A stretch of 63,040 bases of DNA, counting the filler, from Octopus bimaculoides (taxonomy: Eukaryota): assembly GCF_001194135.2 (NCBI RefSeq). It is 7 parts of 7 records of this genome, joined end to end, with 100 filler letters (N's around TTAATTAATTAA, not from the genome) between each part and the next. Parts side by side here need not be neighbours in the genome. Positions count along the whole stretch, not along the records: positions 60,747 to 63,040 come from NC_068985.1; 6 more parts are not named here. One strand, written 5' to 3'. Below, one piece after another: positions 62,917-63,040 of the stretch (its first letter is position 1; every line of letters begins with the position of its first letter). The notes beneath the pieces were generated by a model. The model did no database searches and was not told the origin of the DNA. It worked only from the letters and a program-made list of their open reading frames with translations. The position numbers and the translations under genes are program-made.

Positions 62917-63040
62917 CTGCGCCTGGTGGGTGTATGTGAGTATATGAGTATGTGTATATGTGTGTTAAACGACCAGTAGGCGGTCTATATAAGTAGTATG
63001 CAATTAACTGTTTCTATTTATATTTATTAATATGTGTATA

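Overview
AT-rich, microsatellite-saturated eukaryotic scaffold with many N gaps. The SINE families and repeat landscape point to an octopus draft assembly (inference). No host protein-coding gene can be supported. The long ORFs in the track are microsatellite or N-gap artefacts, or transposon relics. Content: many tRNA-derived SINEs, several with target-site duplications (TSDs); a head-to-tail Helitron concatemer carrying a PIF1 helicase fragment; decayed R4/Dong-like and HERO-like non-LTR retrotransposons; RTE fragments; piggyBac and hAT relics or MITEs; and at least two Penelope-like elements (PLEs; RT and/or GIY-YIG) with inverted terminal repeats. The most notable signal is a set of minimal type-I hammerhead ribozyme motifs from about five different PLE-type terminal repeats. 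Their catalytic cores differ: a G3:C8-swapped core at 57323-57373, a U6 core (CUGUUGA) family, a CUC-triplet family, and a canonical core inside a ~347-bp partial tandem repeat. Also noted: a foldback element with a pre-miRNA-sized hairpin, ~75-bp and 28-bp tandem arrays, an inverted SINE pair sharing a private deletion, a promoter-like motif cluster (~55.6-55.8 kb) and weak exon candidates. All alignments and folds were done by eye. TE boundaries are approximate unless a TSD is quoted. SINE family names are from memory of the published octopus OK/OR families and need a library check.
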